A stretch of 37,083 bases of DNA, taken from positions 72,756,199 through 72,793,281 of the forward strand of contig NC_068982.1 in NCBI RefSeq assembly GCF_001194135.2, written 5' to 3'. Position 1 is the stretch's first letter; every line of letters starts with the position of its first letter. Positions 13,482-25,955 of this stretch are shown here, one piece after another. The position numbers were made by a program, and so were the translations under genes. Source of the stretch: Octopus bimaculoides (lineage: Eukaryota). The notes beneath the pieces were generated by a model that worked only from the letters and a program-made list of their open reading frames with translations, was not told where the DNA came from and did no database searches.

Positions 13482-14089
13482 TTTAAGTTTGTTTACAAGA
13501 AACATTTTGCATATGCATATAATAGCTCCTATTCTATTATGTTGGCTACAGTCTAACGATGCCAACAGGTGATACCAGTTTTTGGGGGTTGCACCAAGCT
13601 GTGCTGATATAATACAGGATAAATATAGTAATAACAATAATAATTGTTGGATGGAAAAACTCTATCCAAGGGTTATTATTGTTATTACTACACACACACA
13701 CACACACATCTCAAAAGAAATAGACTCTCTTCATTATACTGTGTTATCTGTGAAGACATTACCTACTGCTTTAAACTTGTTAATGTTTCACTTCAGATTA
13801 CAGTATATTAAATGTTTATAGCAATTAGCCATGCTGTGAACACCAGAAGCAAATGATTTGTCTGATTTTTCAAATAGAGCATATTGTGAGTCAGACTGAG
13901 GGTGGACTTAACCAGTGAACGATTACACAAAACCTTGGGATTCCTCTTGCCAGACAACAGGATGATTGTACAATTCACCAGCGAAGGAAGGAATTCAACA
14001 CCATCCTGCTCAGGTCAACCTGGGCCCTCTGACAAGTGTCTGTGGGGTGCCAAGTGGATTGTTGAAAAGAAATTCTTGTGTTAAACAAC

Positions 14090-14215
14090 TAGTATTACAG
14101 AGTAAATCCAACTGAAATGGAGCACTTTTGTGAAATATCTTCATCAACTTGGATACTATGGCAGAATAGTTAGAAGGAAATCTCTTCTTTGAACAGCATA
14201 TATCCAAAGAAGAAA
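14090..14215 (+). mobile_element. Tc1-like transposase fragment
   Basis: Reads STFVKYLHQLGYYGRIVRRKSLL*, resembling the Tc1 second-HTH/linker motif (..YL+xxGxxxRxxRxKPLL). Confidence 0.6.
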
Positions 14216-16398
14216 GGAGAAATAAATCTTTCAGAAATGGTATGTTTGTGTATGTGTGTGTCTATATGCATATAATATATATATATATAGGAAAATGAAA
14301 AATAATAATAAGGCAGAATGCTAAACTGAAAGCATATTTTAATATAGATTTCTAACCGGTTTCAGTGCATGGCAAATTTTCAAGAAGAGGGAGAATGAAA
14401 ATGTTTTTTACAAAAAAGTAAAAAATGAAAAAAAGAATATATAAAAAGAATAATATATAAAAAAATAAATATACCAATACATTATATTGTCTTTGAGCTT
14501 TTAAAGTTCAATGGTAATCCATGTAGATAATGGTTGGAAAAATAAGGATGCATGAAAAGTGAGAGTTGTGTTAGGTTTAAAAAGAGAGAAAAGGTGCTAA
14601 AAGTTTGTGTGTTAAGCAGGAAGTGTGGTGTCAAAACAGGATGTGTGTGTAAGGAGAGACAAATCTTTTTAGTTGGAGTAATGAACTCTTTGTCAACAGG
14701 AAGTTTATTTCTCCATGTGTGGTTAACACAACCCCACTATTTACTGACTTATATATATATATATAGCCAGGTTTCTTTCAGTTTCTGCCTACCAAATTCG
14801 CTAATATAGCTTTAGTCTGTGTGCAATAGTTGAAAGGTTGTAAATTAAAAGAGAAATAATATCAAAATAGTTTTAACAAAATGACTGATGTTTTGAAACC
14901 TTGAAAATTACAATTCCATTGCAGTTATCGTTTTCCCAAACAGGTAACCTAAGTTTGCCCTTCCATGCATTCATCCATTCACCCATCCAGTCTACCTGTT
15001 AAGAACCTTACCACACACACACACACACACACACACTCTCTCTCTCTCTCTCTCCTTGTAACTTTTTCAAAAAGCTTTCTTGTTTTTATACATACATGTT
15101 TACATTATCAAGCATCTTCAGGCATGTTGTGTCAGAACAGATGTTATTTTAATAGTTTTTTTTTTTTAGTGAGCGAAAGGTTCCACAAATTTTCTGTCTA
15201 CACATTTTACCTATTTATTTATTCATTATTAATTATTATTATTATTGTTGTTGTTGCTGCTGTTGTTATTGTTAAATGTTTCTTTGTCTAGTTTTTTTCT
15301 CTATGTGTACTCTAAGAAAGAGTGCAAAACTGTGCCAAAAAAACAAGGAGTAACTCTCTGCTTCTCCCTCCCTCTCTCCTACTCAGTCTTTAACCAAGAA
15401 ATACTGAAAACACTTAACCAACCTGTAAATGCAGTTAGGCATATATTATAGCAAGTTGTAAGTAAAAGTGAGACTAGACATAACATTAGTATTAAGAAAC
15501 AATTAATTACTTATAGACAAATTAGCCAGCCTATTGTTAGAAATGACAATTCAGTCTATTTGATGTTTCAGATAAAAATCTCAAGCTTTTCCTGAAATGT
15601 AAACATTTTCTATTTGTTTTTTTTTTGTTTTTTTGTTTTTTGCCAGTTAACTATATACTGAATATATTAACAATTTTTGTTGATGATGTTTACAGTGAGA
15701 TAGTCTGAGTCACCTTTGGTTGACTCAGTAAAAGTAAAATGTGGTTACTAAGTGATAGCTACCATTATTTGGTTATTGTACCAATGAAAAGCCTTTACAC
15801 AGTTGTACAACATTCTAGAAATAGCAACCAAATTTTCTTTAACTTTTTAGTATTTGGATTATTCTGTCAAATGTAATATTTGTTTATTTACATTGTTTTG
15901 AGTTAATCATGCATTGTCTTGTAGCTTTGAGATTTCAATGATGGGATTGTTTATTTTTAGAATGAAATTGTTGGCCAGTTTCAATATAAAACAGGTTAAA
16001 TATTTTGGCCAGGGTTAAAGCATATATAATCATATCAAAGGGAAATGGAAATTAATAAAATTTACTTTTCATTTCGTCCCTTTCGGGATTTTATCCCTAA
16101 TTTTGTGGTTCTAGAACCTAGCAGTTCTTTCTAGTGTAAGGAATCTCATTAGTGGATTCTTTTTATGTATATATATATATATATATATATTGTAATAAAA
16201 TGTGTATAGTTAACATTTATCATGTCTTTTATTTGTCAGATTAACTGAAGAACATATGTAACTTGAAAGTTAAGGTAGTATATTTGGTTACCAATATAGG
16301 CATTTAAAAATGAATGCCAAAGAATAAAACCAAAACAATTAAAACATTTTTGAGCAATGCTAATAATGTCTTAGATTTTATTTAGCCTTGCTCTACAG

Positions 16399-16440
16399 AA
16401 TCTTTGGGATTGGATTAAGATATTCCTTCAGTAAACCAAG
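16399..16440 (+). CDS. Candidate 42-nt exon (IFGIGLRYSFSKP)
   Basis: Acceptor ccttgctctacag and donor AAG|gtaggt; only one open frame (phase 2-2). Confidence 0.25.
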
Positions 16441-17018
16441 GTAGGTTATCAAAGTTGTCAAACAAATGACCCAAGAAATCTAACTCATATAATAAATAAA
16501 TATAGAGATAAAAAAGCATACATAAAACAAAATTAATAATGCTTTGACCTTTGAATAGTTACAAGATTTTAATGGCAAAAATAAAATAAAAATTCAAACA
16601 TATATGTCAAAAAATTTTGGAAACTTTTGTAATAAGGCAACAAGTGCATTAATAATCTAAGTTAGTTTGTCTTGTCCATTTGTTTATGTCTGTATTTTTT
16701 CTGGGCTAGCATGGATTGGAATGATGTGATTGGGTGAGGCTGCTTGAACGCTGTTGACCTGGCATGGCTGACTGGAGATTGAACTTGTTTTGGCAACAGT
16801 ACATTTTTGGCACTGCAGGCAAACACACAGATACATGCAGGCGCAAAAATATACAGAGAGAGAGAGACTATTATTAATTGAATATGATTGATAAACACAT
16901 TCCCTCTCATCACACTCATAGAGGTATGCACACACACACATAAAGAGAGAGAGAGAGGGATGGAAAGAAATACTACATATATGTACAAACCTAACTAGAT
17001 GCTCACACACATGTACAA

Positions 17019-17069
<51 letters not shown>

Positions 17070-17970
17070 NNNNNNNNNNNNNNNNNNNNNNNNNNNNNNN
17101 NNNNNNNNNNNNNNNNNNNNNNNNNNNNNNNNNNNNNNNNNNNNNNNNNNNNNNNNNNNNNNNNNNNNNNNNNNNNNNNNNNNNNNNNNNNNNNNNNNNN
17201 NNNNNNNNNNNNNNNNNNNNNNNNNNNNNNNNNNNNNNNNNNNNNNNNNNNNNNNNNNNNNNNNNNNNNNNNNNNNNNNNNNNNNNNNNNNNNNNNNNNN
17301 NNNNNNNNNNNNNNNNNNNNNNNNNNNNNNNNNNNNNNNNNNNNNNNNNNNNNNNNNNNNNNNNNNNNNNNNNNNNNNNNNNNNNNNNNNNNNNNNNNNN
17401 NNNNNNNNNNNNNNNNNNNNNNNNNNNNNNNNNNNNNNNNNNNNNNNNNNNNNNNNNNNNNNNNNNNNNNNNNNNNNNNNNNNNNNNNNNNNNNNNNNNN
17501 NNNNNNNNNNNNNNNNNNNNNNNNNNNNNNNNNNNNNNNNNNNNNNNNNNNNNNNNNNNNNNNNNNNNNNNNNNNNNNNNNNNNNNNNNNNNNNNNNNNN
17601 NNNNNNNNNNNNNNNNNNNNNNNNNNNNNNNNNNNNNNNNNNNNNNNNNNNNNNNNNNNNNNNNNNNNNNNNNNNNNNNNNNNNNNNNNNNNNNNNNNNN
17701 NNNNNNNNNNNNNNNNNNNNNNNNNNNNNNNNNNNNNNNNNNNNNNNNNNNNNNNNNNNNNNNNNNNNNNNNNNNNNNNNNNNNNNNNNNNNNNNNNNNN
17801 NNNNNNNNNNNNNNNNNNNNNNNNNNNNNNNNNNNNNNNNNNNNNNNNNNNNNNNNNNNNNNNNNNNNNNNNNNNNNNNNNNNNNNNNNNNNNNNNNNNN
17901 NNNNNNNNNNNNNNNNNNNNNNNNNNNNNNNNNNNNNNNNNNNNNNNNNNNNNNNNNNNNNNNNNNNNNN
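17070..17970. other. Assembly gap (others: 28800-28809, 29389-29779, 30946-31831, 33731-33830, 34829-34876)
   Basis: N runs, mostly bordered by microsatellites. Confidence 1.
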
Positions 17971-17990
17971 GTATATATGTATATATATAT

Positions 17991-18205
17991 GTTTGTGTGT
18001 CTGTGTTTGTCCCCCCACCATTGCTTGACAACCGATGCTGGTGTGTTTACGTCCCTGTAACTTAGCGGTTCGGCAAAAGAGATCGATAGAATAAGTACTA
18101 GGCTTCCAAAGAATCAGTCCTGGGGTCGATTTGCTCGACTAAAGGCGGTGCTCCAGCATAGCCACAGTCACATGACTGAAACAAATAAAAGAGAGAGTAA
18201 AGAGT
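17991..18205 (+). mobile_element. 3' half of abundant octopod tRNA-SINE (head lost in gap)
   Basis: GTTTGTCCCCC..TTGACAACCGATGCTGGTGTGTTTAC...GGTGCTCCAGCAT..GACTGAAAC; recurs at 20795, 23165, 24145 and 32040. Confidence 0.85.
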
Positions 18206-19315
18206 ATGTGACCTAATGTTTTGGATTTAGAGCTCATGATCATCATGGCATGGGTTCAGCATGTGAATTGAGTGGCACGTTGCACCAGTCAATGTATTTC
18301 TATCCAAGGTGCTGCACAGTGGGACAAAATGCAACATCACATGGTTAGGAAATGAGCTTCTTAATCAAGAAACCATAAATAGAGAGTAAAACTATATTTG
18401 AATTCTTTTGCATCTTGATTAAAATTTTCTACAGTCAATTCCAGGTAATTTTCTGTTTTATTAAAAGGCTTCATATAAAATAAATATACAACACCTTCAA
18501 ACTCAAGATCCTTGACACTATACATTCATCATCATCACCATTTAACATTCACTTTTCTATGCTTCCATGGGTCAGATGAAATTTGTGGAGGCAGATCTTC
18601 TACAACTGGATGTTCTTCCTGTTGCAACTCTCGCCTGTTTCCAAGCAAGGTAATATTTCCCCATGGCCAAATATGCTTTTCACAGAATACTGGTAATGAA
18701 CAACACCACTTGTATGACAGTGATGCTCATTTACAACTATCATGCAATGTTAAGGCAAGGGTACACAGAAATACACACACACACACACACAAACAGGTTA
18801 CTTTCTTGTTTCTACCTACCAAATCCAATCAGAAGGCTTTGGTTAGCCTGGAGCCATAGGAAAAGACATTTGCCCAAAATGCCAAACAGTAGCACTGAAC
18901 TGAAAACTATATGGTTGGGAAGCAAGCCTTTCAACCATGCAGCCACATCTGCACCATTCATGTGATGAGATCTTTTCAAAGAAAAGTCTCATTCAAATGG
19001 TACCATTTGTTTCAAGTTCTCCATATAACCATGTCCTGACAGCTTGTTGTTCAGTAAATGGGAACATAACTACATTGCTTGGAAACATGTAGTTAACAAC
19101 AGGAATGGCACCAGGCTGTGGAAAATTCTGCTTCAACATAGACTGTTTGCCCCATGCAACAGAAAAGTGGACATCAAAACAATGATGATTTCTTTTATAT
19201 ATGCAACTAAATCCCCATAAACTAGAAACCCTTACATAAGTATTACCCTAGCCAGAATTAGGATCACCTTGAAGAACAATCACACACTATTAATGTATGG
19301 TATAATATATAAACA

Positions 19316-19685
19316 GTGGCCCAGTGGTTAGGGCAGCGGACTCGCAGTCATAGGATTGCGGTTTCGATTCCCAAACTGGGCATTGTGTTTATTGAGCGAA
19401 AACACCTAAAGCTCCACGAGGCTCTGGCAGGGGATGGTGGAGAACCCTGCTGTACTCTTTCAGCACAACTGTCTCTCACTCTTACTTCCTGTTTCTGTTG
19501 TGCCTGTAATTCGAAGGGCCAGCCTTGTCACACTGTGTCACGCTGAATATTCCCGAGAACTACGTTAAGGGTACACGTGTCTGTGGAGTGCTCAGCCACT
19601 TGCACGTTAATTTCACGAGCTGGCTGTTCCGTTGATCGGATCAACTGGAACCCTCGACGTCGTAAGCGACGGAATGCCAACACAC
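19316..19685 (+). mobile_element. Full-length, well-preserved tRNA-derived SINE
   Basis: A box TGGCCCAGTGG, B box GGTTTCGATTCCC, tRNA-Arg-like head; CpGs retained; 3' end ...GACGGAATGCCAACAC. Confidence 0.85.
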
Positions 19686-20794
19686 AATATATAAACAACA
19701 TAATCACCATAATCCAAGAAACAAAGAACTCCTTAACAAATTCAAACTTATGATAGTGAAGGGCAAGTTAAAACAATGAGAATATAAGATACAAATGATT
19801 CACTGACTTCAAGCACATCAGACATATATTCCCATCATCATATCCCTAACAGATATCATCATGGTTTCCATACCTGGGTAGCAGCAATCAATCTGGCACT
19901 CATATATAGGTACAAATAGACAACATATATGTTTGAATGAGTAAGCCTTAATTCTTCTGCATAACTCTGCTTTCTGGACTATGAAGTGAATAGAAAGCTA
20001 ATCTGAATCCTGGATAGAAAGCTAACCTAGCAAATATAACTCCCCCAATAACCTTCTATCTATTTCCAATAACTAGGTAATGTGAAGTCATGTGAAGAAT
20101 TAAACATGGCTTGTTTAGTAATACAAATGTCAGTAGTAGACATGACCTATTATTTCTACAATATATGTGTCTGTAGAGATAGCAAAGGAAAGAGAGGAAG
20201 TGTGTGTGTGTGTGTGTGTATAGAGAGAGAGGGAGAGAGAGAGAGAGAAAGTGTGTAAAAGGGGAGATGTAGAGAGAGTGATGAAGAGAAAAGCGTGTGT
20301 GCAAAATATAAAGGGTAGGAAATAGATAAGAGACTATAAAGGAGAGTGAGATTATTAAGAGTTTCTTTTTAGATATATTGGGAGGTTGGATAGAAGCAAT
20401 GAAAGGGGTGGAGAATTGATGGGGGGGGGAGATAGGAAATATTGAAATACATATATCCACACACACACACACACAAACGGAGGAAGTGGAAGGGGAGGGA
20501 AGGGGGTGTTATGTTAATAGTTACTGAAATATATCTTTCTGCTGTTGTCTTAAGTACTTTTTATCTTATTGCTACAATGTGATCTGGTATTAAAGATTAC
20601 AGAACTCTCTCTCTTGACACAATCATTTCATTATTAACACAACTGCTGCTGCTGCTGCTGCTTTCAACCTAGTTACTAAAATAGACTGAAGTGGAACAAG
20701 GAGACATATTTATTCCCAAACAATGCCAGTGGTGATTCATGGCTACTGTTTGCGATAGTAGGACCTATTGTACTCTATTGCAAATACAGTTGGG

Positions 20795-20908
20795 TCACAT
20801 GGCTGTGTGCAAAAAAGCTAGCTCGGCAACCACATAGTCTCAAGTTCAGTCCCACCATGCAGCACCTGGCTAACACCTTGTATGTGCATTTGATTGTGGA
20901 AGCCCATC

Positions 20909-20952
<44 letters not shown>

Positions 20953-21150
20953 ATCTTGTGTTTGTTCCACACCATTGCTTGCCAACTGGTGTTAGCGTGT
21001 TTACATCCCCACAACTTGGTGATTTAGCAAAAGAGATTGACAGAATTAAGTACCAAACTTCAAATAAATACTGGGGTTGATTTGTTTGACTAAACTCTTC
21101 AAGTCAATTCCCCAGCAGGGCTGCAATCCAATAACAGAAACAAGTAAAAG
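20795..21150 (+). mobile_element. tRNA-SINE with internal (TG)n, same family as 17991-18205
   Basis: Head ATGGCTGTGTG..AACCACATAG..GTTCAGTCCCAC, internal (TG)n, tail CAGAAACAAGTAAAAG. Confidence 0.75.
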
Positions 21151-21364
21151 AATTTACATCATGCATGATATTAGCGAGCAAAAAATAATTTTGATAACCT
21201 GAGATTATTTAGGCCTCAAGTACACAAAACTTCTTTCAAAAAAGCAACAAGGGAAGATAACTCCAATAAGATCAAGTGAATGAAATAGTTGGTCAATATA
21301 GACACTGTTAGAGTAGAGTGGATTTGGTCTTTAGAATGATCCAACTGATGGAAAAAAAAAAAGA

Positions 21365-21401
21365 GACATGTTTCAGTCTTATGAGATCTCATCAGTGAAA
21401 C
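21365..21401 (-). ncRNA. Minimal hammerhead core, truncated after the cleavage site
   Basis: Minus strand reads CTGATGA-GATCTCATAAGACT-GAAAC-ATGTC. Stem III is the palindrome ACATGT with a GTC triplet. Stem II is two transitions from perfect GGTCT/AGACC. Stem I has only 1 bp, then an unrelated T tract. Confidence 0.55.
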
Positions 21402-21919
21402 AAGCTACTCAGTAAGGCTTAAGAGTGATGAATATGATGATGTGGTTAAAAAATTCACCTCTTAACCCTGTGGCACCTTTGGCAAGTGTCTTCTACTATA
21501 GCCCCAAGTTATGAAACTTTGTGACCCACTGTGTGTGCATGCCAAAATGCATCTGGTGCTCTTGCTGGCCTCAGCTGGGGTGGACTTTTATCTCTTTCTA
21601 TATTTATTGTATTTTTAACACAGCAAGTCCATAAGATGTTATCTTGGGATAAATACTGAAGTGATTAGTCTATCAACAGTGTGTGTGTGTGTGTGAGTGT
21701 ACAGTTTATGAATCCAATATAGGTAGAATCAACAAAAAAAAGTACTCCATCCAGTAAGAGATAAATATCAATTTAATACACAACCGAAAGAGCGACTAAT
21801 AGTTTCATACTTTATGATACTTTAACTAGGAATATTTATAAAATACCTCATGTATCTCCAAGCACTCTTTCAGGCTCTGTTTATGTGCTAAATATATTTT
21901 AAAATAAAGAATGCTGGAC

Positions 21920-22068
21920 TTCATGTTCGGAGTTCAAATTCTGCTGAGGTCAATTTTGCCCTTCATCCTTTTAGGGTTGATAAAATAAGTACTAGCTGAG
22001 CACTGGGGCCACTGCAATCAACTCATCCACTCTTCTGAACTTGCAGACATTGTGCCAAAATTTGAAAC
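21920..22068 (+). mobile_element. tRNA-SINE fragment (second family)
   Basis: GAGTTCAAATTCTGCTGAGGTCAATTTTGCCCTTCATCCTTT..GATAAAATAAGTAC; reverse copies at about 10690-10890 and 32600-32790. Confidence 0.7.
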
Positions 22069-22347
22069 CGAGCGAATGGTACCTCTCTAAGTGTAGACCT
22101 GTGAGTCAGAGAGAAGGAATTGGAGAGGGCACTTGCTCCTGGGGTTTCAGGGAAATCTTGGACAGTGAGGTTCCTCGATTATCCCTAGAAGCCTTCCTGT
22201 ATCAAGAGGGCCACATCTCTATCATCCTCCCCGCCAGTTTTTTTTTCCTTTTTTTTTTTTATCATTTCATTATATGTAAACCCCCACACTTTATGTCTGT
22301 CTTTGTATTGTCTTCCTCATCCTTTACCCTTGTGGCAAATAAATGAA

Positions 22348-22349
<2 letters not shown>

Positions 22350-22407
<58 letters not shown>
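22350..22407. repeat. (ATT)n microsatellite
   Basis: Direct inspection. Confidence 0.95.
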
Positions 22408-22835
22408 GTGCAGTACTAGCAATTTGTCATCAATATAATGAGGTACCATTATACGGTCTAGCACAGATATAGTGTCATACTGAGAGTATAGCACAAATAT
22501 ATTGTTGCTAATTGTAATAGCTAACTGAGTTATTGAACTCCCCAAACCTTTCCCTTTACAAATTCTATACATGAGGGAGGGGGAAAGGACAAAGACATGG
22601 GAATAAATGTGTGGGTGTGAGAGAGGTAGGAGGAAGAAAAAGGAGGACAACATGAGATATAGCATGCAGAAATTACTATAAGCTAAAAAGAAAAGCAGAA
22701 AAAGAAAAAAAAAGCAACTTTCTTTTTAGATTTAAACTTAGCTTTGTGAAACAAGTTCCAAATTCAAGTCTATTAAGCTATATATATATATAAAAACACA
22801 CACTAATACGCACACCATATATATATATACACACG

Positions 22836-22937
<102 letters not shown>

Positions 22938-23164
22938 CATTCGTACATAAAAATGTATTTACAAGTAGTTATGGGTTATATTTAGGCTGACGTCGAGTGT
23001 ATGTAGTGTGTATATCCTAAGAAAGAAACAAGATACCCGACATAGGAAGTGGTTGGTGGGAGCAGGGAGGGGAAAGAGAGAAAGGATGGAGAATAAATAG
23101 ACAGGAAAAAAATAAAGGTAACATTTTGACTTATTTAGAAGATTATATATATCTTTTATTTTAT

Positions 23165-23461
23165 TTCAGTCAACTGACTGCGGCCATGCTGGGGCATCAC
23201 TTTGAAGGGTTTTTAGTTGGACAAATTGAACCTAGGACTTATTCTTTGTAAGCCTGGTATTTATTCTAAATAACTCTTTCGCTGAAATGCCAAGTTATCG
23301 AAACATAAACACACCAACACCGGTTGTCAAGCGGAGGTGGTGGGGACAAACACACACACACACACACACACACACATCTATATACATGATGGGCTTCTTT
23401 CAGTTTCAGTCTACCAAATCCATTCACAAGGCTTTGGTGTAGTAGAAGACACTTGCCCAAG
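23165..23461 (-). mobile_element. tRNA-SINE, 5' truncated, same family
   Basis: Reverse complement of family body (TTTCAGTC..GACTGCGGCCATGCTGGGGCA...GAAGACACTTGCCCAAG); abuts the HHR inverted repeat. Confidence 0.8.
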
Positions 23462-23470
23462 CTTCGATGC

Positions 23471-23885
23471 ATATAACATATGAGAGGAAGAAAATGGAAT
23501 ACACAAGATTCTTTACCAATCACTACAATCATTTCAACCCATCATGCATCAGTCCTTCAAGGGTGAGATTCTGTACAAATGGTTGTGGTGAACCATTCAG
23601 TGCAGATGTGCCTCATCTGAGCTAGAATCATGAGCTCTCTTGTATGCCACTAGTTACAGGCAAAAAACAGAATGTATTCTAATTAAAATAAGTGAAACGG
23701 AAATTAAAGAGCGAGGTACCTTTTGACAAGTCACCTGATGAGGCACCTCTGTACTGAACAATGCACTACAAGTATTTGTACAGAATCTCACCTGCGAGGG
23801 ACTGATGCATGATGGATCGAAACGATTGTAGTGATTAATAAAGAATCTTGTGAATTCCATTTTCTCTTTCTCTCATATGTTATAT
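23471..23885. mobile_element. Head-to-head inverted duplication of an HHR-containing ~150-bp unit (probable inverted PLE pseudo-LTRs)
   Basis: 23471-23619 is the reverse complement of 23735-23885 (about 22 differences over ~150 nt by manual alignment); 115-bp spacer. Confidence 0.7.
23729..23836 (+). ncRNA. Type I hammerhead ribozyme motif with enlarged (77-nt) stem II domain
   Basis: Stem I AGTCAC(23729-34)/GTGATT(23831-36), 6 bp with one G-U. CTGATGA 23735-41, GAAA 23819-22, near-palindromic stem III ACGA/TTGT, GTA triplet 23828-30. AATAAA immediately downstream. Confidence 0.7.
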
Positions 23886-24144
23886 ACTCAACAGACATGA
23901 AGGAATTCCTGAAGTAAATCCAGTTGCACTTATATTCAGACTGTTGATGACATCAAGTAGCAGAATACAATGAAACATGCTATAAACAGTATGCTACCAG
24001 GTATATACCCAAATTTAAAATTATTACTTATATATGTAATACCAGCAATATATGGACATTCTGAAAGAAAAGCTCTTTCCTTCCTCTTTTACTCTCTCAG
24101 AATTGATTGCACTTGTACGTATATGTACTTTTGGTTTTTGTTTT

Positions 24145-24490
24145 AGTCACTGGACTATGGCTATGCTGGGGCACCACTTTGAAGGGTTTAGTCAAATAAA
24201 TCAACCACAGGACTTATTTTTTATGAACTCTTGTACTTATTCTATTGATCCTTTTTTTGCCAAATCCCTAACTTTTTGGGGACATAAACAAACCAAGCAG
24301 TTAGGGGAGAGACACACACACACAGATATATACAAACATACACATGACAGACTTCCACACAATTGCCATCCAACAAATTCACTCACAAGGTATTGGTAGA
24401 CCTGGGGCTGTAGTAGAAGACACTTGCCTAAGATGTTGCGCAGTGAAACTGAACCGGAAACCACATGCCTGCAAAGTGAGCTTCTTATTC
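24145..24490 (-). mobile_element. tRNA-SINE, same family
   Basis: Reverse complement body and head (GCAGTGAAACTGAACCGGAAACCACATG). Confidence 0.75.
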
Positions 24491-24877
24491 ACACAGACAT
24501 GTCTATGCCTGTAGATGAATATTCAGAAATATAAAGTGCTTCATATTGCTGTTAATTTATAAACACTTTCTCCTCGACTTACGACTGAATTCCATTCCAA
24601 CTGGCAGGCTGTAAGTCAATCTGGTTACACGTTGGATTTATATTTTTCAACACTATTTTCATTCAAACAGGTTATAAAAATATAAAGCACAAAAATTTAA
24701 TCCACAATTATTGTACACAATGTGAAAAATATATATGTACTCTATTATACTGTAAACAAAAATACAATCCAAAATTAAAATTAAAAATTAATGCAAATGA
24801 AATTCCGCATACATATAATAAAGAAAATTGTTCCTGTGAAAAAAGTGCAAATGAAAATAATTTTTGAATTTTCACAG

Positions 24878-24919
24878 TCATGTTCTCGGGTTGAGGAAGA
24901 TGGTTTTCCAAGGAAAATG
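24878..24919 (+). CDS. Candidate 42-nt exon (HVLGLRKMVFQGK or SCSRVEEDGFPRKM)
   Basis: Acceptor tttttgaattttcacag and donor ATG|gtgagc. Confidence 0.3.
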
Positions 24920-25129
24920 GTGAGCTTAGTTTGAATAGCATTTTTTAAAAACTTTTTTCACCATATATCTAATGATAACAATGTGCAGAATCTTGAATGA
25001 TATGTTCAACTTTTGCAAAGCGTTTGACTTTTTGTGGTCACAAGTGTGGATAGTCATATGTCAAGGAAGGGGGAGGGGATAATTTTCATAGATACAATAA
25101 AATTAATGTATCAGAGATAAGCAGCAAGG

Positions 25130-25220
25130 TTTAACCTCTTTTGTTACTATACATTGCTTTTGGTTCAGTTAATTTTGAAAATGATGAAGAATTTGTTAAA
25201 ATAACTCTGTTGTTATTAAG
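25130..25220 (-). mobile_element. Partial piggyBac-type MITE copy
   Basis: TTTAACCTCTTTTGTTACTA terminus followed by the reverse complement of the MITE internal sequence. Confidence 0.45.
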
Positions 25221-25224
25221 TGAA

Positions 25225-25490
25225 GGTGAGTGGACCAGTGGTTAGAGAGTTGCACTCATGATCACAAGACCATGGTTTCAGTTCCAAAAACAGGTGGCAT
25301 ATTGTGTTCTTGAGCAAAACACTTCATTTCACTTTGCTCCAGTCCACTCAGCTGTAAATGTGACAAACTGGCATCCCATTCAGGGTTATTGTGATTTAAG
25401 GCCATGGAAACCAGATATTTGGTTCTATGAGTTCTAGGACTTGAGAGAGTAATAATATCCATTGAGTTGATGATGATGATAATGACAATA
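25225..25490 (+). mobile_element. tRNA-SINE with CORE-like central segment
   Basis: A/B-box-like head, GTGTTCTTGAGCAAAACACTTCATTTCACTTTGCTCCAGTCCACTCAGCTG, (GAT)n tail. Confidence 0.6.
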
Positions 25491-25914
25491 TTATTATTAA
25501 GCTGATGTTTAAAATGTAAATTACCATGAAATTTTGATAGAAAGCTTTAATTTAGATCGCTTTGAAATAAAAGAATTTGTATCACAGAACAAGGAACAGA
25601 TTCAGGTGGGTTGATGTGAAGATCAATGGTGAATAAAAGAAGCTAGATACAAACACAAACAACATTATATCACTATTTCACTTAAGTGAAATTGTGGGAT
25701 GTTAGCATTTATACACCTTTGCACACATGTTCAATGGGCTTTTACAGTTTCCATTTACCTAATTCACTCATAAGACAACGGGGGGCCATAATAGGAGATA
25801 CTTGACCAAGAGGCTGCACAATGAGAGTGAACTTGTGGGTGCCAAATAAAAAGCACCCAGTGAACTTTTTAAACCACACAATCATACCTGCTTGCCTGCC
25901 TGCCTCCATCCATC

Positions 25915-25953
<39 letters not shown>

Positions 25954-25955
<2 letters not shown>

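Noticed and set aside
14350-14390. Minus-strand GAAAC-CGGT-T with palindromic stem III and possible TTCT/AGAA stem I
   Set aside because: CUGAUGA core is absent or partly deleted; at best an unrecoverable relic.
16684-18060. 300-450 aa ORFs here and at 29213-29836 and 30908-31923
   Set aside because: Made of N-gap X residues and dinucleotide repeats.
19316-19390. tRNA gene
   Set aside because: No acceptor-stem closure; it continues into a SINE body, so it is a SINE head.
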